DNA of 32,000 nucleotides, from NCBI GenBank assembly GCA_026625185.1, contig CP113000.1, positions 210,001 through 242,000 of the forward strand, given 5' to 3'. Below the pieces are notes generated by a model. The model was given only the letters and a program-made list of their open reading frames with translations. It ran no database searches and was not told the DNA's origin. Below are positions 24,675-32,000 of this stretch, in pieces. Position numbers and translations under genes: made by a program. This stretch comes from Thermodesulfobacteriota bacterium (GTDB lineage: Bacteria > Desulfobacterota > WTBG01 > JAGOGO01). Position 1 is the first letter of the stretch; every line of letters starts with the position of its first letter.

Positions 24675-26291
24675 TTACCCCAATATAGCTTTCAGGTCCT
24701 CATCCGGGGTGCTGATGGGCTTGATATTGAAGGTTTTCACCAGCACCTCCAGCACATTCGGAGTAATAAAGGCCGGAAGGCTTGGCCCCAAACGGATGTC
24801 TTTTATTCCCAGGTATAAAAGTGTCAATAATATGGCTACTGCCTTCTGTTCATACCACGATACAATCAACGACAGGGGCAGATCATTAACACTAACCTTA
24901 AAAGCATTAGCAAGCGCCACTGCAATCTGGATAGCGGAATAGGCGTCATTGCATTGGCCTATATCCAGAAGCCTTGGTATTCCCCCGATCGCGCCCAGGT
25001 CTTTGTCAAAAAAACGGAACTTTCCACAGGCCAGGGTGAGCACCACACAATCCTGCGGGACTTTTTCCACAAACTCTTTATAGTAACTCCGACCCGGTTT
25101 GGCGCCATCACAGCCGCCGACCAGGAAGAAGTGGCGAATCGCTTTGCTTTTAACCGCGTCGATCACGGTGCCCGCGATGCCCAGCACCGTGTTATGACCA
25201 AACCCGCACATGACGGACCGGCCGTTGGCATCTTCCGGGAATCCCGGCATTTCCAGGGCCTTTTTAATCACCGGCGTAAAATCATAATTGTCAATATGGG
25301 TTACTCCCGGGAAGCCAACCAGGCCGGTGGTAAAGATGTTGCCCTGGTATGATTCTTTCGGTCTTTGGATGCAATTGGTGGTCATCAGGATTGCGCCGGG
25401 AAAGTCTGCGAACTCTTTGGTCTGGTTTTGCCATGCGGTTCCATAGTGGCCATAGAAGTGAGGATACTTTTTTAACCCCGGATAACCGTGGCAGGGGAGC
25501 ATTTCGCCGTGGGAATAGACGTAGATGCCTTTGCCTTCAGACTGCTTAAGAATCTCTTCCAGGTCTTTAAGGTCGTGTCCGGAGACCAAAATCGCTTTCC
25601 CTTTTTTGGTTCCCAGGGGTATCTTCGTTGGTACCGGATGGCCGTACGCTCCGGTATTGGCAGCATCCAAAAGCTCCATGGTCTTTAAGTTAACTTCACC
25701 GCACTTAAGCACCAGTTTTACCCAGTCATCGAGGGTAAGGGTTTTATTCAGGGTTGCGACTAAGCCTTCATGAATAAAAGCATAGATTGACTCATCTTCT
25801 TTTCCCAGAAGCAACGCATGGTCAGCGTAAGCAGAGATTCCCTTAATGCCAAATAAGAGGGTGTGCTGCAGCGCAAGAATATCAGGGTTGATGGTAGGGT
25901 CTGATTTTAGACCCACACTCTCCCCCTGTTTGATCAATCCTTCTAAAGTTGCTTCCGGTTTAATGGTCGCTGGTCCTTCGAGAAAATTTTGCTTGCCGAT
26001 TTTTTTCTTAAGATTTTCCCGAAGCGCTACCGCACGGTTGATAAAAGGGAGGAACCGTTGCGGATCAAAGTTCACATTGGTCAACGTAGAAAATAAGGCT
26101 TCCACAGTGAAAACATTTATTTCCCGGTCAGTGATTCCTTGTTTTCGAGCTTCCTGGGCAACCAAAGCCAAACCTTTAAGGCTGTAAATGAGAAGGTCTT
26201 GAAGCGTGGCCACATCGTGGGGTTTGCCGCAAACCCCTATTTTAGTGCACCCTTCGCCTTTAGCCGTTTGTTCACATTGATAGCAAAACAT
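24675..26291 (-). CDS. hcp: Hybrid cluster protein / hydroxylamine reductase
   Basis: Diagnostic N-terminus MFCYQCEQTAKGEGCTKIGVCGK. 538 aa, collinear with Hcp throughout. RBS AGGAGG. Confidence 0.95.
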   Translation of the reverse strand: MFCYQCEQTAKGEGCTKIGVCGKPHDVATLQDLLIYSLKGLALVAQEARKQGITDREINVFTVEALFSTLTNVNFDPQRFLPFINRAVALRENLKKKIGKQNFLEGPATIKPEATLEGLIKQGESVGLKSDPTINPDILALQHTLLFGIKGISAYADHALLLGKEDESIYAFIHEGLVATLNKTLTLDDWVKLVLKCGEVNLKTMELLDAANTGAYGHPVPTKIPLGTKKGKAILVSGHDLKDLEEILKQSEGKGIYVYSHGEMLPCHGYPGLKKYPHFYGHYGTAWQNQTKEFADFPGAILMTTNCIQRPKESYQGNIFTTGLVGFPGVTHIDNYDFTPVIKKALEMPGFPEDANGRSVMCGFGHNTVLGIAGTVIDAVKSKAIRHFFLVGGCDGAKPGRSYYKEFVEKVPQDCVVLTLACGKFRFFDKDLGAIGGIPRLLDIGQCNDAYSAIQIAVALANAFKVSVNDLPLSLIVSWYEQKAVAILLTLLYLGIKDIRLGPSLPAFITPNVLEVLVKTFNIKPISTPDEDLKAILG

Positions 26292-26370
26292 TTTTTACCT
26301 CCTTATTTAAATTATAATTTTAATTTTAGTTTTGCGTTGTTATCGCTATTCCATCGTATCATTAATTAAT

Positions 26371-26412
26371 AGTATACCCTCGGTGTTTGATGATTTCATT
26401 GACCTAAGTCAA
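26371..26412 (-). promoter_or_regulatory. FNR/CRP-type box TTGAC-CTAA-GTCAA plus -10 TATACT: class-II-type promoter candidate for hcp
   Basis: Perfect palindrome at 26399-26412, overlapping the stop codon of the upstream gene. TATACT on the - strand at 26376-26371. 22 nt lie between the box and the -10, which centres the box near -41.5. Confidence 0.6.
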
Positions 26413-27227
26413 CCTCCATCATTTTTTTTGCCTCCCATCAGTTTTTCGAAAAGAGCGTCAGAACCTTTTTGTTCCAGAATTTCTCCTAAACGTTCCCCTT
26501 TAGAAGAGTTTTGTTGATAGTAGTCCAAACATTGGTCAATAATATTGATTACTTCTTCCTCACTATAGATTCCCGGCAGTTCTCTGCCCAGTTGGGGATG
26601 TCGTCCCAATTTACCCCCGATTTGAATTCGAAATCCTTGGCGGCTTTCCTGCAACGTCTCCGTCTGGCACACAGCAATGCACTTACCGCAGGAAAGGCAA
26701 TTATCCTGATTGATGTACGGCTCGCTCTGCTCAAGTGAGATGGCCTTTTCCGGGCAGATTTCCACACACGCTGCGCACTGATTACCAGGACATTCCTTTG
26801 TTGCCTGAGGCTTTCTTGCACCGATTAGGCCGATATCAACAATCTGGGGGCAAGAGCAGGCATTAGGACAATCTGATAATGAAACCCTGAACTCATGGTG
26901 AAATTTCAGCGGACCGACCGCTTTTTCTTTTAGAAATGCCTTCATGTTCCTTTGAGCGAGTTTCACTTCGATTTTTTTCGCTAATGCTTCAGAAGATGCT
27001 GCCCGGTTCGGGCAACCACTGGCACCAAAACAGGTCTCCACCTGATAGCCTTTTACTTCGTCCTCCATCTGGTGAAGAAACTTTTCTTGGCAGGATTGAA
27101 TATGATTTAATGCTACCACCTTTGCGCCCCCCTGGCGCGCTTCCTCTTCAATGCGTTTTTTAACCCGTTTGCGGATGAAAAAGGGTATCTTTGCTATGCG
27201 CTCTTGAGCTTCTTTGGTCCATTCCAT
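26409..27227 (-). CDS. Small sulfite/nitrite-reductase-like Fe-S protein (siroheme-[4Fe-4S] Cys motif plus inserted 2x[4Fe-4S] ferredoxin domain; PCP-reductase-like N-terminus)
   Basis: C-x5-C (CFGASGC) and C-x3-C (CPNAC), as in SiR/NiR cluster ligands. CAACVEICP and CLSCGKCIAVC ferredoxin motifs. N-terminal MEWTKEAQERIAKIPFFIRKRVKKRIEEEA resembles the PCP_red-type helical domain. No SD before the ATG. Confidence 0.55.
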   Translation of the reverse strand: MEWTKEAQERIAKIPFFIRKRVKKRIEEEARQGGAKVVALNHIQSCQEKFLHQMEDEVKGYQVETCFGASGCPNRAASSEALAKKIEVKLAQRNMKAFLKEKAVGPLKFHHEFRVSLSDCPNACSCPQIVDIGLIGARKPQATKECPGNQCAACVEICPEKAISLEQSEPYINQDNCLSCGKCIAVCQTETLQESRQGFRIQIGGKLGRHPQLGRELPGIYSEEEVINIIDQCLDYYQQNSSKGERLGEILEQKGSDALFEKLMGGKKNDGG

Positions 27228-27294
27228 AGAAGTTTATGTTTTTGCTGAAACAATGTTCTTTTCTGGAAGTTTTTAAAACGTCTCTGTTGTTTTA

Positions 27295-27337
27295 ATTTTA
27301 TCAGTAACTATTCTGGTATTGCCTTGACATAGATCAA
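27295..27337 (-). promoter_or_regulatory. Second FNR/CRP-type box TTGAC-ATAG-ATCAA plus -10 TAAAAT: promoter candidate for the SiR-like gene, overlapping the regulator's own upstream region
   Basis: Box at 27324-27337. TAAAAT on the - strand at 27300-27295, with a 23-nt gap. On the + strand the same TTGACA could serve as a -35 for the Crp/Fnr gene that starts at 27361. Confidence 0.5.
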
Positions 27338-27360
27338 AGAAAAAGTTAATTTATAATCCC

Positions 27361-28062
27361 ATGGATAGGATAAAACAGATTGCCTACATCCCTCTGTTTC
27401 ATGGGCTTTCCCAGGAATATCTTCAGGATCTTTCGACTATCGCCATTGAACAAGTCGTTAAACGGGGAGAAGGAATATTTTCTGAAGGTGATGAAGGTAA
27501 AGGGTTTTATGTGGTCATTTCCGGACGGGTAAAAATTTTTAAACTTTCTCTGGAAGGGAAAGAACAAATTCTCCACATTTTTGGTCAGGGAGAGCCTTTT
27601 GGTGAAGTTCCGGTTTTTGCGGGAACCCCCTTTCCGGCGAATGCTGAGGCTTTGGAGAAGACCCGTCTTTTTTATTTTCCCCGCGAGGCGTTTGTTGATT
27701 TGATCAGGAAAACTCCTTCCCTGGCTTTGAACATGCTGGCTGTTTTGTCTCACCGTCTGCATCAATTCACCGCCCTGGTTGAGGACCTGTCACTCAAGGA
27801 AGTTCCGGGAAGATTGGCAGCCTACCTTTTTTACTTAAGCTATAAACAAAAAGGAAATGATGACCTTGCGTTAGAAATTACCAAGGTTCAGCTTGCAAGT
27901 CTCTTGGGCACTATTCCGGAGACGCTTTCACGCATTCTTTCAAAGATGACCAAAGAAGGAATAATTTCCGCCGACACTCATGGTCGTATCCGGATCGTAG
28001 ACCGAGAAACATTGGGAAAATTAGCGCAGGGCGAAATTCGTTTATCCCAATCGAACTTTTAA
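27361..28062 (+). CDS. Crp/Fnr family transcription regulator (HcpR-like by context)
   Basis: N-terminal cNMP-type effector domain and C-terminal HTH (TKVQLASLLGTIPETLSRILSKMTKEGII). Divergent from the hcp cluster. No N-terminal Cys cluster, so it is not a classical O2-sensing Fnr. Confidence 0.8.
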   Translation: MDRIKQIAYIPLFHGLSQEYLQDLSTIAIEQVVKRGEGIFSEGDEGKGFYVVISGRVKIFKLSLEGKEQILHIFGQGEPFGEVPVFAGTPFPANAEALEKTRLFYFPREAFVDLIRKTPSLALNMLAVLSHRLHQFTALVEDLSLKEVPGRLAAYLFYLSYKQKGNDDLALEITKVQLASLLGTIPETLSRILSKMTKEGIISADTHGRIRIVDRETLGKLAQGEIRLSQSNF

Positions 28063-29222
28063 CGCGGATGGTTTGATAACCTTTTTTTAATGCTGATGGG
28101 CTGCTTCCTCTCTTTTGCTTCCTTTATTGCCTCAGAAGGTGTCTGATTGATATATTCTTCGATTAATTTTCGTGCCTCATGATCGTACATCTGAACCGGG
28201 GGGTGTTTCATGCAATAAGCGGAAATAGGAAGCAAGGATCCCGCATCGTGACGATCCCGAGCCAGTTTGCAATAACGGATCGCATCAATCGTCACTCCAG
28301 CGCTGTTAGGTGAGTCTTGGACCGAGAGACGGCATTCTAATTCAAACGGGATGCCGGCAAACCCGCGCGCTTCCATCCGGATAAAACAAACCTTATTGTC
28401 ATTTTGCCAGGGAACATAGTCCGAAGGCCCGATATGGATATTTTCATCAGCGAGCGGTACCACGAGCTGTGATTGCACTGATCTGGTTTTTGATTGTTTT
28501 TTGGTTATGAGCCGGCTTCGCTCCAGCATATTGAGAAAGTCGGTATTGCCGCCGGTATTGAGCTGATAAGTTCGCTCTATTTGGGTTCCCCTTTCTTCAA
28601 AGAGCCGGGCTAATGTTCTGTGGAGAATGGTTGCGCCAACTTGAGACTTAACATCATCACCGATTACAGGGATTCCGCGTTTCAAAAACTTCTTAGCCCA
28701 ATCGGAATCGGAAACAATAAAAACCGGCATGCAATTGATAAAACTCACCCCGGTGTTCAGACAACACCGGGCATAATACCGGGCGGCCTCCTCTGATCCC
28801 ACGGGTAAATAGTTAAGGAGAATATCGGGTTCTGTCTCTCGAAGGGTTTGTTCCACATCAACGGGGGAGGCCTTAGCGATCCGGAAAGCACGATCGTCGG
28901 GATAATCCAGCATATGGCCGGCAACGCCATCCATGACCGGACCCATTTTCACGGTCACTCCGTAATGGGGGAGTTCTTTCCAAATCGGCATGATGCAATT
29001 GGGCTTTGCATTGATAGCCGCTTCCAGAGTTTTTCCCACTTTTCGCGTATCAATATCAAAAGCAGCAACAACCCGGATATCGCTCGGCAGATAGCCACCC
29101 AGCTCCTTGTGCATAAGGCCCAGTGTATCTTCTGGATTATGCCGGTAATATTCAATGCCCTGCAGTAAAGCGGCTGCACAATTTCCCACGCCCACTAATG
29201 CAATTTTAATTGATTCGTCCAT
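28059..29222 (-). CDS. ino1: myo-Inositol-1-phosphate (inositol-3-phosphate) synthase
   Basis: 387 aa. N-terminal Rossmann motif VGVGNCAAALLQGIEYY and family-typical blocks (GDDVKSQVGATI, LNTGGNTDF). Its stop codon overlaps the stop of the convergent regulator gene within TTAA at 28059-28062. Confidence 0.8.
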   Translation of the reverse strand: MDESIKIALVGVGNCAAALLQGIEYYRHNPEDTLGLMHKELGGYLPSDIRVVAAFDIDTRKVGKTLEAAINAKPNCIMPIWKELPHYGVTVKMGPVMDGVAGHMLDYPDDRAFRIAKASPVDVEQTLRETEPDILLNYLPVGSEEAARYYARCCLNTGVSFINCMPVFIVSDSDWAKKFLKRGIPVIGDDVKSQVGATILHRTLARLFEERGTQIERTYQLNTGGNTDFLNMLERSRLITKKQSKTRSVQSQLVVPLADENIHIGPSDYVPWQNDNKVCFIRMEARGFAGIPFELECRLSVQDSPNSAGVTIDAIRYCKLARDRHDAGSLLPISAYCMKHPPVQMYDHEARKLIEEYINQTPSEAIKEAKERKQPISIKKRLSNHPR

Positions 29223-29378
29223 GTCACATTACTCCTTTCAGGTTATCGGAGAAGACCGCACAGAAGAAAGAATAAAATAAGATATTAAATCAAGGTTAAA
29301 TTGGATAATTTTTATTCTATTCTAATAAACGAGGAAAGTCACTTTTTTTCTGTGAGTAAAAAAGCATTTTTCACTAAC

Positions 29379-30854
29379 TTACTGCTCCTTAACTACCACG
29401 AAAAAAGAGCCTTCTTTGCGGAATACGAAAAACAGGATTCCTCCTGGTAGGGAAGAATCATTTATGGTGTCTCGATAATCTTTGAGTGAGTTAACCGGTT
29501 TTCGGTTAACTTCTTTAATAACATCCCCTGATTTTAAACCAGCTTCATCAGCCGCGCTTCCTGGGTCAACCTGGAAAATAATTACTCCTTGTTCAGTTGC
29601 CGGGTAGCCAAAGTTTTGGGCTGTTTCAGGGGTGAGTTCTTCAACCTGAATCCCGATATCAGGGCCCATTTTCTCAGGCGCAAGTTTTTTTACTTCTTCT
29701 TTTTCTTTTACGGTAACAACAAAGGATTTTCTTTCTTGATCTCGAACGACAATGAGTTTAACCGATTCTCCTATGGGGGTCGTTTCTACCAGCCGGGAAA
29801 AGTCTTGTATACTATTAATTTTTTTATTGTTACACTCAACCACAATGTCTCCTTTTTTAAGACCAGCTTTATCCGCTGGGCTTCCGGGAACAACATCAGT
29901 GATCAAGTCTCCTTCCAGGTCTTTCACCCCAAAGGTCTCCGCTAATGCGGGAGTGAGTTCCTGGATAGAAACCCCCATCCATCCGCGGGTAACTCTGCCT
30001 TGTTTTGTAAGTTGTTCCATGGTTTTTTTAGCCATATTGATGGGAACGGCATACCCAATCCCGATATTTCCGTCTATTGTGGTGTTGATAAGAGTATTAA
30101 TTCCAACCACCTCGCCCTGGATATTGAATAAAGGACCTCCGCTGTTGCCAGGGTTGATAGAAGCGTCAGTTTGAATAAAATCATCGTATGGACCAGCGCC
30201 GATGGCCCTCCCTTTTGCGCTCACAACACCAGCGGTTACCGTATGATCCAATCCAAAGGGATTCCCAATAGCCATTACCCAATCTCCTATTCTCACCTTG
30301 TTAGAATCCCCCAATTTTACCGGCCCGGGAAAGTCAACCCAGGTTTTTGCCTTGATCAGGGCTAAGTCAGTCTTTTCATCACGACCGACAACTTTAGCCT
30401 CGTAGGTTTTTTCATTTGCTAAACGGATAATTATCTGCTCGGCTTCCTCAACCACATGGGCATTGGTGATAATATACCCTTCCTTGGAAACAATGAATCC
30501 GGAACCCAAACTTCTCTGTTTTTGTTGCGGGAGCTTTCGCCCAAAAAATTTTTCCCAAAAATCCCTTCCAGAAAACTCTTCGAAAGGAGATTGAGGATCG
30601 CCAAAGAAATCGGGCGATTTAGCCATTTTTGTGGTGCTGATATTGACTACTGCCGGACTTACCGTGTCCACCAAATCAGCGAAAGAAGGAGGAAAACTTT
30701 TAATTATAACAGACGAGGTTGATTTAAAAGGCAATAATTTTTTTAAAAAATCAAGGCTGCCAAAATAATACGCTCCGATAATTCCTAAAATGATACTGAA
30801 GGTCAAAATACCAACAAAAAATTTGACAGAAAATTTTCCCGAATTAGATTTCAT
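29379..30854 (-). CDS. htrA: HtrA/DegP (Do) family periplasmic serine protease with two PDZ domains
   Basis: N-terminal TM/signal segment. Catalytic triad contexts TNAHVV, DLALIK and GNSGGPL. Two PDZ-like repeats (GSPADKAGLKKGDIV and GSAADEAGLKSGDVI). Confidence 0.9.
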   Translation of the reverse strand: MKSNSGKFSVKFFVGILTFSIILGIIGAYYFGSLDFLKKLLPFKSTSSVIIKSFPPSFADLVDTVSPAVVNISTTKMAKSPDFFGDPQSPFEEFSGRDFWEKFFGRKLPQQKQRSLGSGFIVSKEGYIITNAHVVEEAEQIIIRLANEKTYEAKVVGRDEKTDLALIKAKTWVDFPGPVKLGDSNKVRIGDWVMAIGNPFGLDHTVTAGVVSAKGRAIGAGPYDDFIQTDASINPGNSGGPLFNIQGEVVGINTLINTTIDGNIGIGYAVPINMAKKTMEQLTKQGRVTRGWMGVSIQELTPALAETFGVKDLEGDLITDVVPGSPADKAGLKKGDIVVECNNKKINSIQDFSRLVETTPIGESVKLIVVRDQERKSFVVTVKEKEEVKKLAPEKMGPDIGIQVEELTPETAQNFGYPATEQGVIIFQVDPGSAADEAGLKSGDVIKEVNRKPVNSLKDYRDTINDSSLPGGILFFVFRKEGSFFVVVKEQ

Positions 30855-30910
30855 GTTTTTAGTACATTATTATTTATTGCTTTTAATAAATTTTTATAGT
30901 TTTTACTTCC

Positions 30911-30957
30911 TTACTCCGTTAGAAATGCCCCGTATGAGAGCCTTCTAACAAGGTTTA
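30911..30957 (+). repeat. Nested-palindrome repeat element, copy E3 (47-nt mini version: termini only)
   Basis: TTACTCCGTTAGAAATGCCCCG...CCTTCTAACAAGGTTTA matches the two ends of E1 with the interior missing. Lies 57 nt upstream of the htrA start. Confidence 0.7.
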
Positions 30958-31056
30958 ATATAAAAAAATTTTCCTTTTATGACAAGAAAATTCCCACTCT
31001 CTTGGAAGGGATCATCTTTTTATGTGAACGATGAGGTTAACTAAAAAGAAGTAAAA

Positions 31057-31090
31057 AGAAACAGCTCCTTCATTGAGCTGCTTCTTTTTT
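31057..31090. terminator. Bidirectional-looking terminator hairpin
   Basis: AGAAACAGCTC (31057-31067) pairs with GAGCTGCTTCT (31075-31085), with one mismatch. T-run on the + strand and an A-run before the stem, which gives a T-run on the - strand. It lies directly 3' of the tRNA fragment on the - strand. Confidence 0.55.
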
Positions 31091-31096
31091 GGGGAA

Positions 31097-31138
31097 AGGC
31101 GGCACCCGGATTCGAACCGGGGAATAAAGGTTTTGCAG
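31097..31138 (-). pseudogene. Truncated tRNA-Cys(GCA): 3' portion only (anticodon loop to discriminator base)
   Basis: The - strand reads CTGCAAA|ACCTT|TATTC|CCCGG|TTCGAAT|CCGGG|TGCCGCC|T. This parses as anticodon loop, anticodon stem 3' strand, variable loop, T arm and acceptor 3' strand. The preceding bases (GTTATT) cannot form the anticodon stem, and no GGCGGCA 5' acceptor strand, D arm or 5' half is found upstream of it on the - strand. Confidence 0.7.
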
Positions 31139-31200
31139 AATAACTTTAAGAAAATAAACTTAATAAATACAATGAATGGAAAAACGGGTAACCAGCGGTC

Positions 31201-31253
31201 TTTGCCGTAATAAAACGCAACCTATACGCAACCATTTGCCGTAGTTTGCAGAA
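31201..31253 (+). repeat. Cluster of short direct repeats: TTTGCCGTA x2, ACGCAACC x2, TTTGCAGAA (also at the tRNA-fragment boundary)
   Basis: TTTGCCGTA at 31201 and 31235. ACGCAACC at 31215 and 31226. TTTGCAGAA at 31245, identical to 31132-31140, which spans the end of the tRNA fragment. Confidence 0.6.
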
Positions 31254-31490
31254 GTGAAAAAGATTGCCCTGGTCAAGATAAGATTAATTTAGGGCAAACA
31301 AACTAAAGTAAAAAAGGTTTTGAATTGCGGCCCCTTTGTTTTTGAACAGTAAAATACATTCTTACTGGAAACCAAATACAAGAAACACCTTATTTTCACC
31401 ATTTAAATTTTAGTAATATTTTAACGAGTAGTAAAGATTGACTTTTTAATATTTATGATTATCAAAAAGGAAGATTAGAAATTATAAGGA

Positions 31491-31657
31491 GAATATAAAG
31501 TTTTTCTTTTTGTTTAGTAAGGGGATTAACAGAACTAATAACCATATAACGTTATAAGGAGGGACGCGGCATTCATCAAGTCTTATTGGGGAATACAAAG
31601 TTTTTTTATTTGTTAAGGGGATTAACAAAACTAATAGCCATATAACTTTATAAGGAG
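31491..31657 (+). repeat. Two copies (71 and 67 nt) of a direct repeat in the leader of the last ORF, each ending in TTATAAGGAG
   Basis: Copy A is 31491-31561 and copy B is 31591-31657. They share AAAGTTTTT..TT.GTT...AAGGGGATTAACA.AACTAATA.CCATATAAC.TTATAAGGAG. A third TTATAAGGAG lies at 31483-31492. Copy A contains the perfect palindrome TATAACGTTATA. Confidence 0.75.
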
Positions 31658-31664
31658 AAATAAG

Positions 31665-32000
31665 ATGAAAATTAAATTTATTCTTTTAGCTTTAGTTTTA
31701 GGTTTGTTTTTTGTTGTTTCAACAACCAATGCTGGGTCTGTTTATCATAAATACCTAATGAAAGGTTCGGTTCTTGAAGTTTCGGATAGCATGGCCTATA
31801 TATGCGTAGGCACCAAAGATGGGGCAAAGGCAGGACAGGAGCTTAATGTGGTAAGATACGTAAAAACGGAGGCAACTCCTGGCCCGAAAGAACAGCCCAT
31901 GTTCAAAAGGGAAGAAGTTGGTAAATTAAAAATAGAGAAAATTGTCGACGAACATATGGCCAACGCTAAGATAATATCCGGAGACGTTAAGGTGCATGAC
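31665..32000 (+). CDS. Secreted hypothetical protein, 3' end cut by window edge (not in the supplied ORF track)
   Basis: AAGGAG 7 nt before the ATG at 31665. My own translation gives 112 codons open to the window end: MKIKFILLALVLGLFFVVSTTNAGSVYHKYLMKGSVLEVSD.... Clear signal peptide. Confidence 0.6.
   Translation, partial: MKIKFILLALVLGLFFVVSTTNAGSVYHKYLMKGSVLEVSDSMAYICVGTKDGAKAGQELNVVRYVKTEATPGPKEQPMFKREEVGKLKIEKIVDEHMANAKIISGDVKVHD

Noticed and set aside
24709-26369. + strand ORFs antisense to hcp (e.g. 24954-25352, 25846-26187)
   Set aside because: They are antisense to a high-confidence Hcp CDS, with no RBS and no recognisable sequence features.
27324-27357. TTGACA (27324) with TATAAT (27352) as the promoter of the Crp/Fnr gene
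   Set aside because: The spacing is 22 nt, and TATAAT ends only 3 nt before the ATG, which is incompatible with a normal sigma70 promoter. The TTGACA is better explained as half of the FNR-type box. The regulator's own promoter remains unassigned.
27346-27765. 139-aa - strand ORF overlapping the Crp/Fnr gene
   Set aside because: The + strand frame encodes a complete cNMP-domain plus HTH regulator. The antisense product is low-complexity and basic.
9021-30957. Whether the GTTAGAA/TTCTAAC repeats are a CRISPR array or a shared operator of a stress regulon (small ORF, UvrA-like, htrA)
   Set aside because: It is not a CRISPR array: copies are kilobases apart, sizes differ (47-143 nt), there is no regular repeat-spacer periodicity, and no cas genes are present. 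A pure operator is unlikely because the spacing between the inverted half-sites varies from 18 to more than 100 nt and one copy sits inside a coding sequence. A mobile or REP-like element explains the data better, although regulatory side-effects remain possible.
31097-31210. An intact tRNA gene on the - strand
   Set aside because: The T arm, acceptor 3' strand and anticodon loop are perfect. However, the bases preceding the anticodon loop cannot form the anticodon stem, and I found no D arm or GGCGGCA acceptor 5' strand in the adjoining sequence by eye. It is therefore called a fragment.

Overview
Bacterial chromosomal window, densely coding on both strands, with Shine-Dalgarno-type RBSs. 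Hand-counted G+C on single 60-nt lines is about 25-53%, with one gene near 60%.

Left third, + strand: a membrane-lipid remodelling block. It holds a partial TauE-like gene, DedA, cardiolipin synthase, MprF, two AcvB/VirJ-type hydrolase genes and DUF1003. Two junctions are ATGA stop/start overlaps.

Middle: a small helical ORF, a DUF3124 gene, and an 1836-aa tandem-fused double UvrA (four ABC modules) on the - strand. This gene is divergent from three ORFs with no domain I can recognise. These are followed by a low-GC GrlR-like/HKD-like gene, two tandem DUF4019 paralogues, a second TauE and a stand-alone cNMP-binding protein.

Right third: an hcp (hybrid-cluster protein) operon containing a miniature sulfite/nitrite-reductase-like Fe-S protein, an HD-domain protein and a ferredoxin-like protein. 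Its divergent Crp/Fnr (HcpR-like) regulator has two FNR-type boxes at class-II spacing. Then come inositol-1-phosphate synthase, HtrA/DegP, a truncated tRNA-Cys 3' half, and AT-rich repeat-laden DNA that may be an island junction.

Most notable observation: a nested-palindrome repeat family occurs in four copies (47-143 nt). One copy lies exactly in frame (108 nt = 36 codons) inside the double-UvrA gene, at the position of the insertion domain of the second UvrA unit.

The best candidate for an undescribed system is the orphan cassette at 15950-18922 next to the double UvrA. I can only show that it looks like real coding sequence without recognisable domains. No CRISPR array, rRNA, intact tRNA or transposase was seen.
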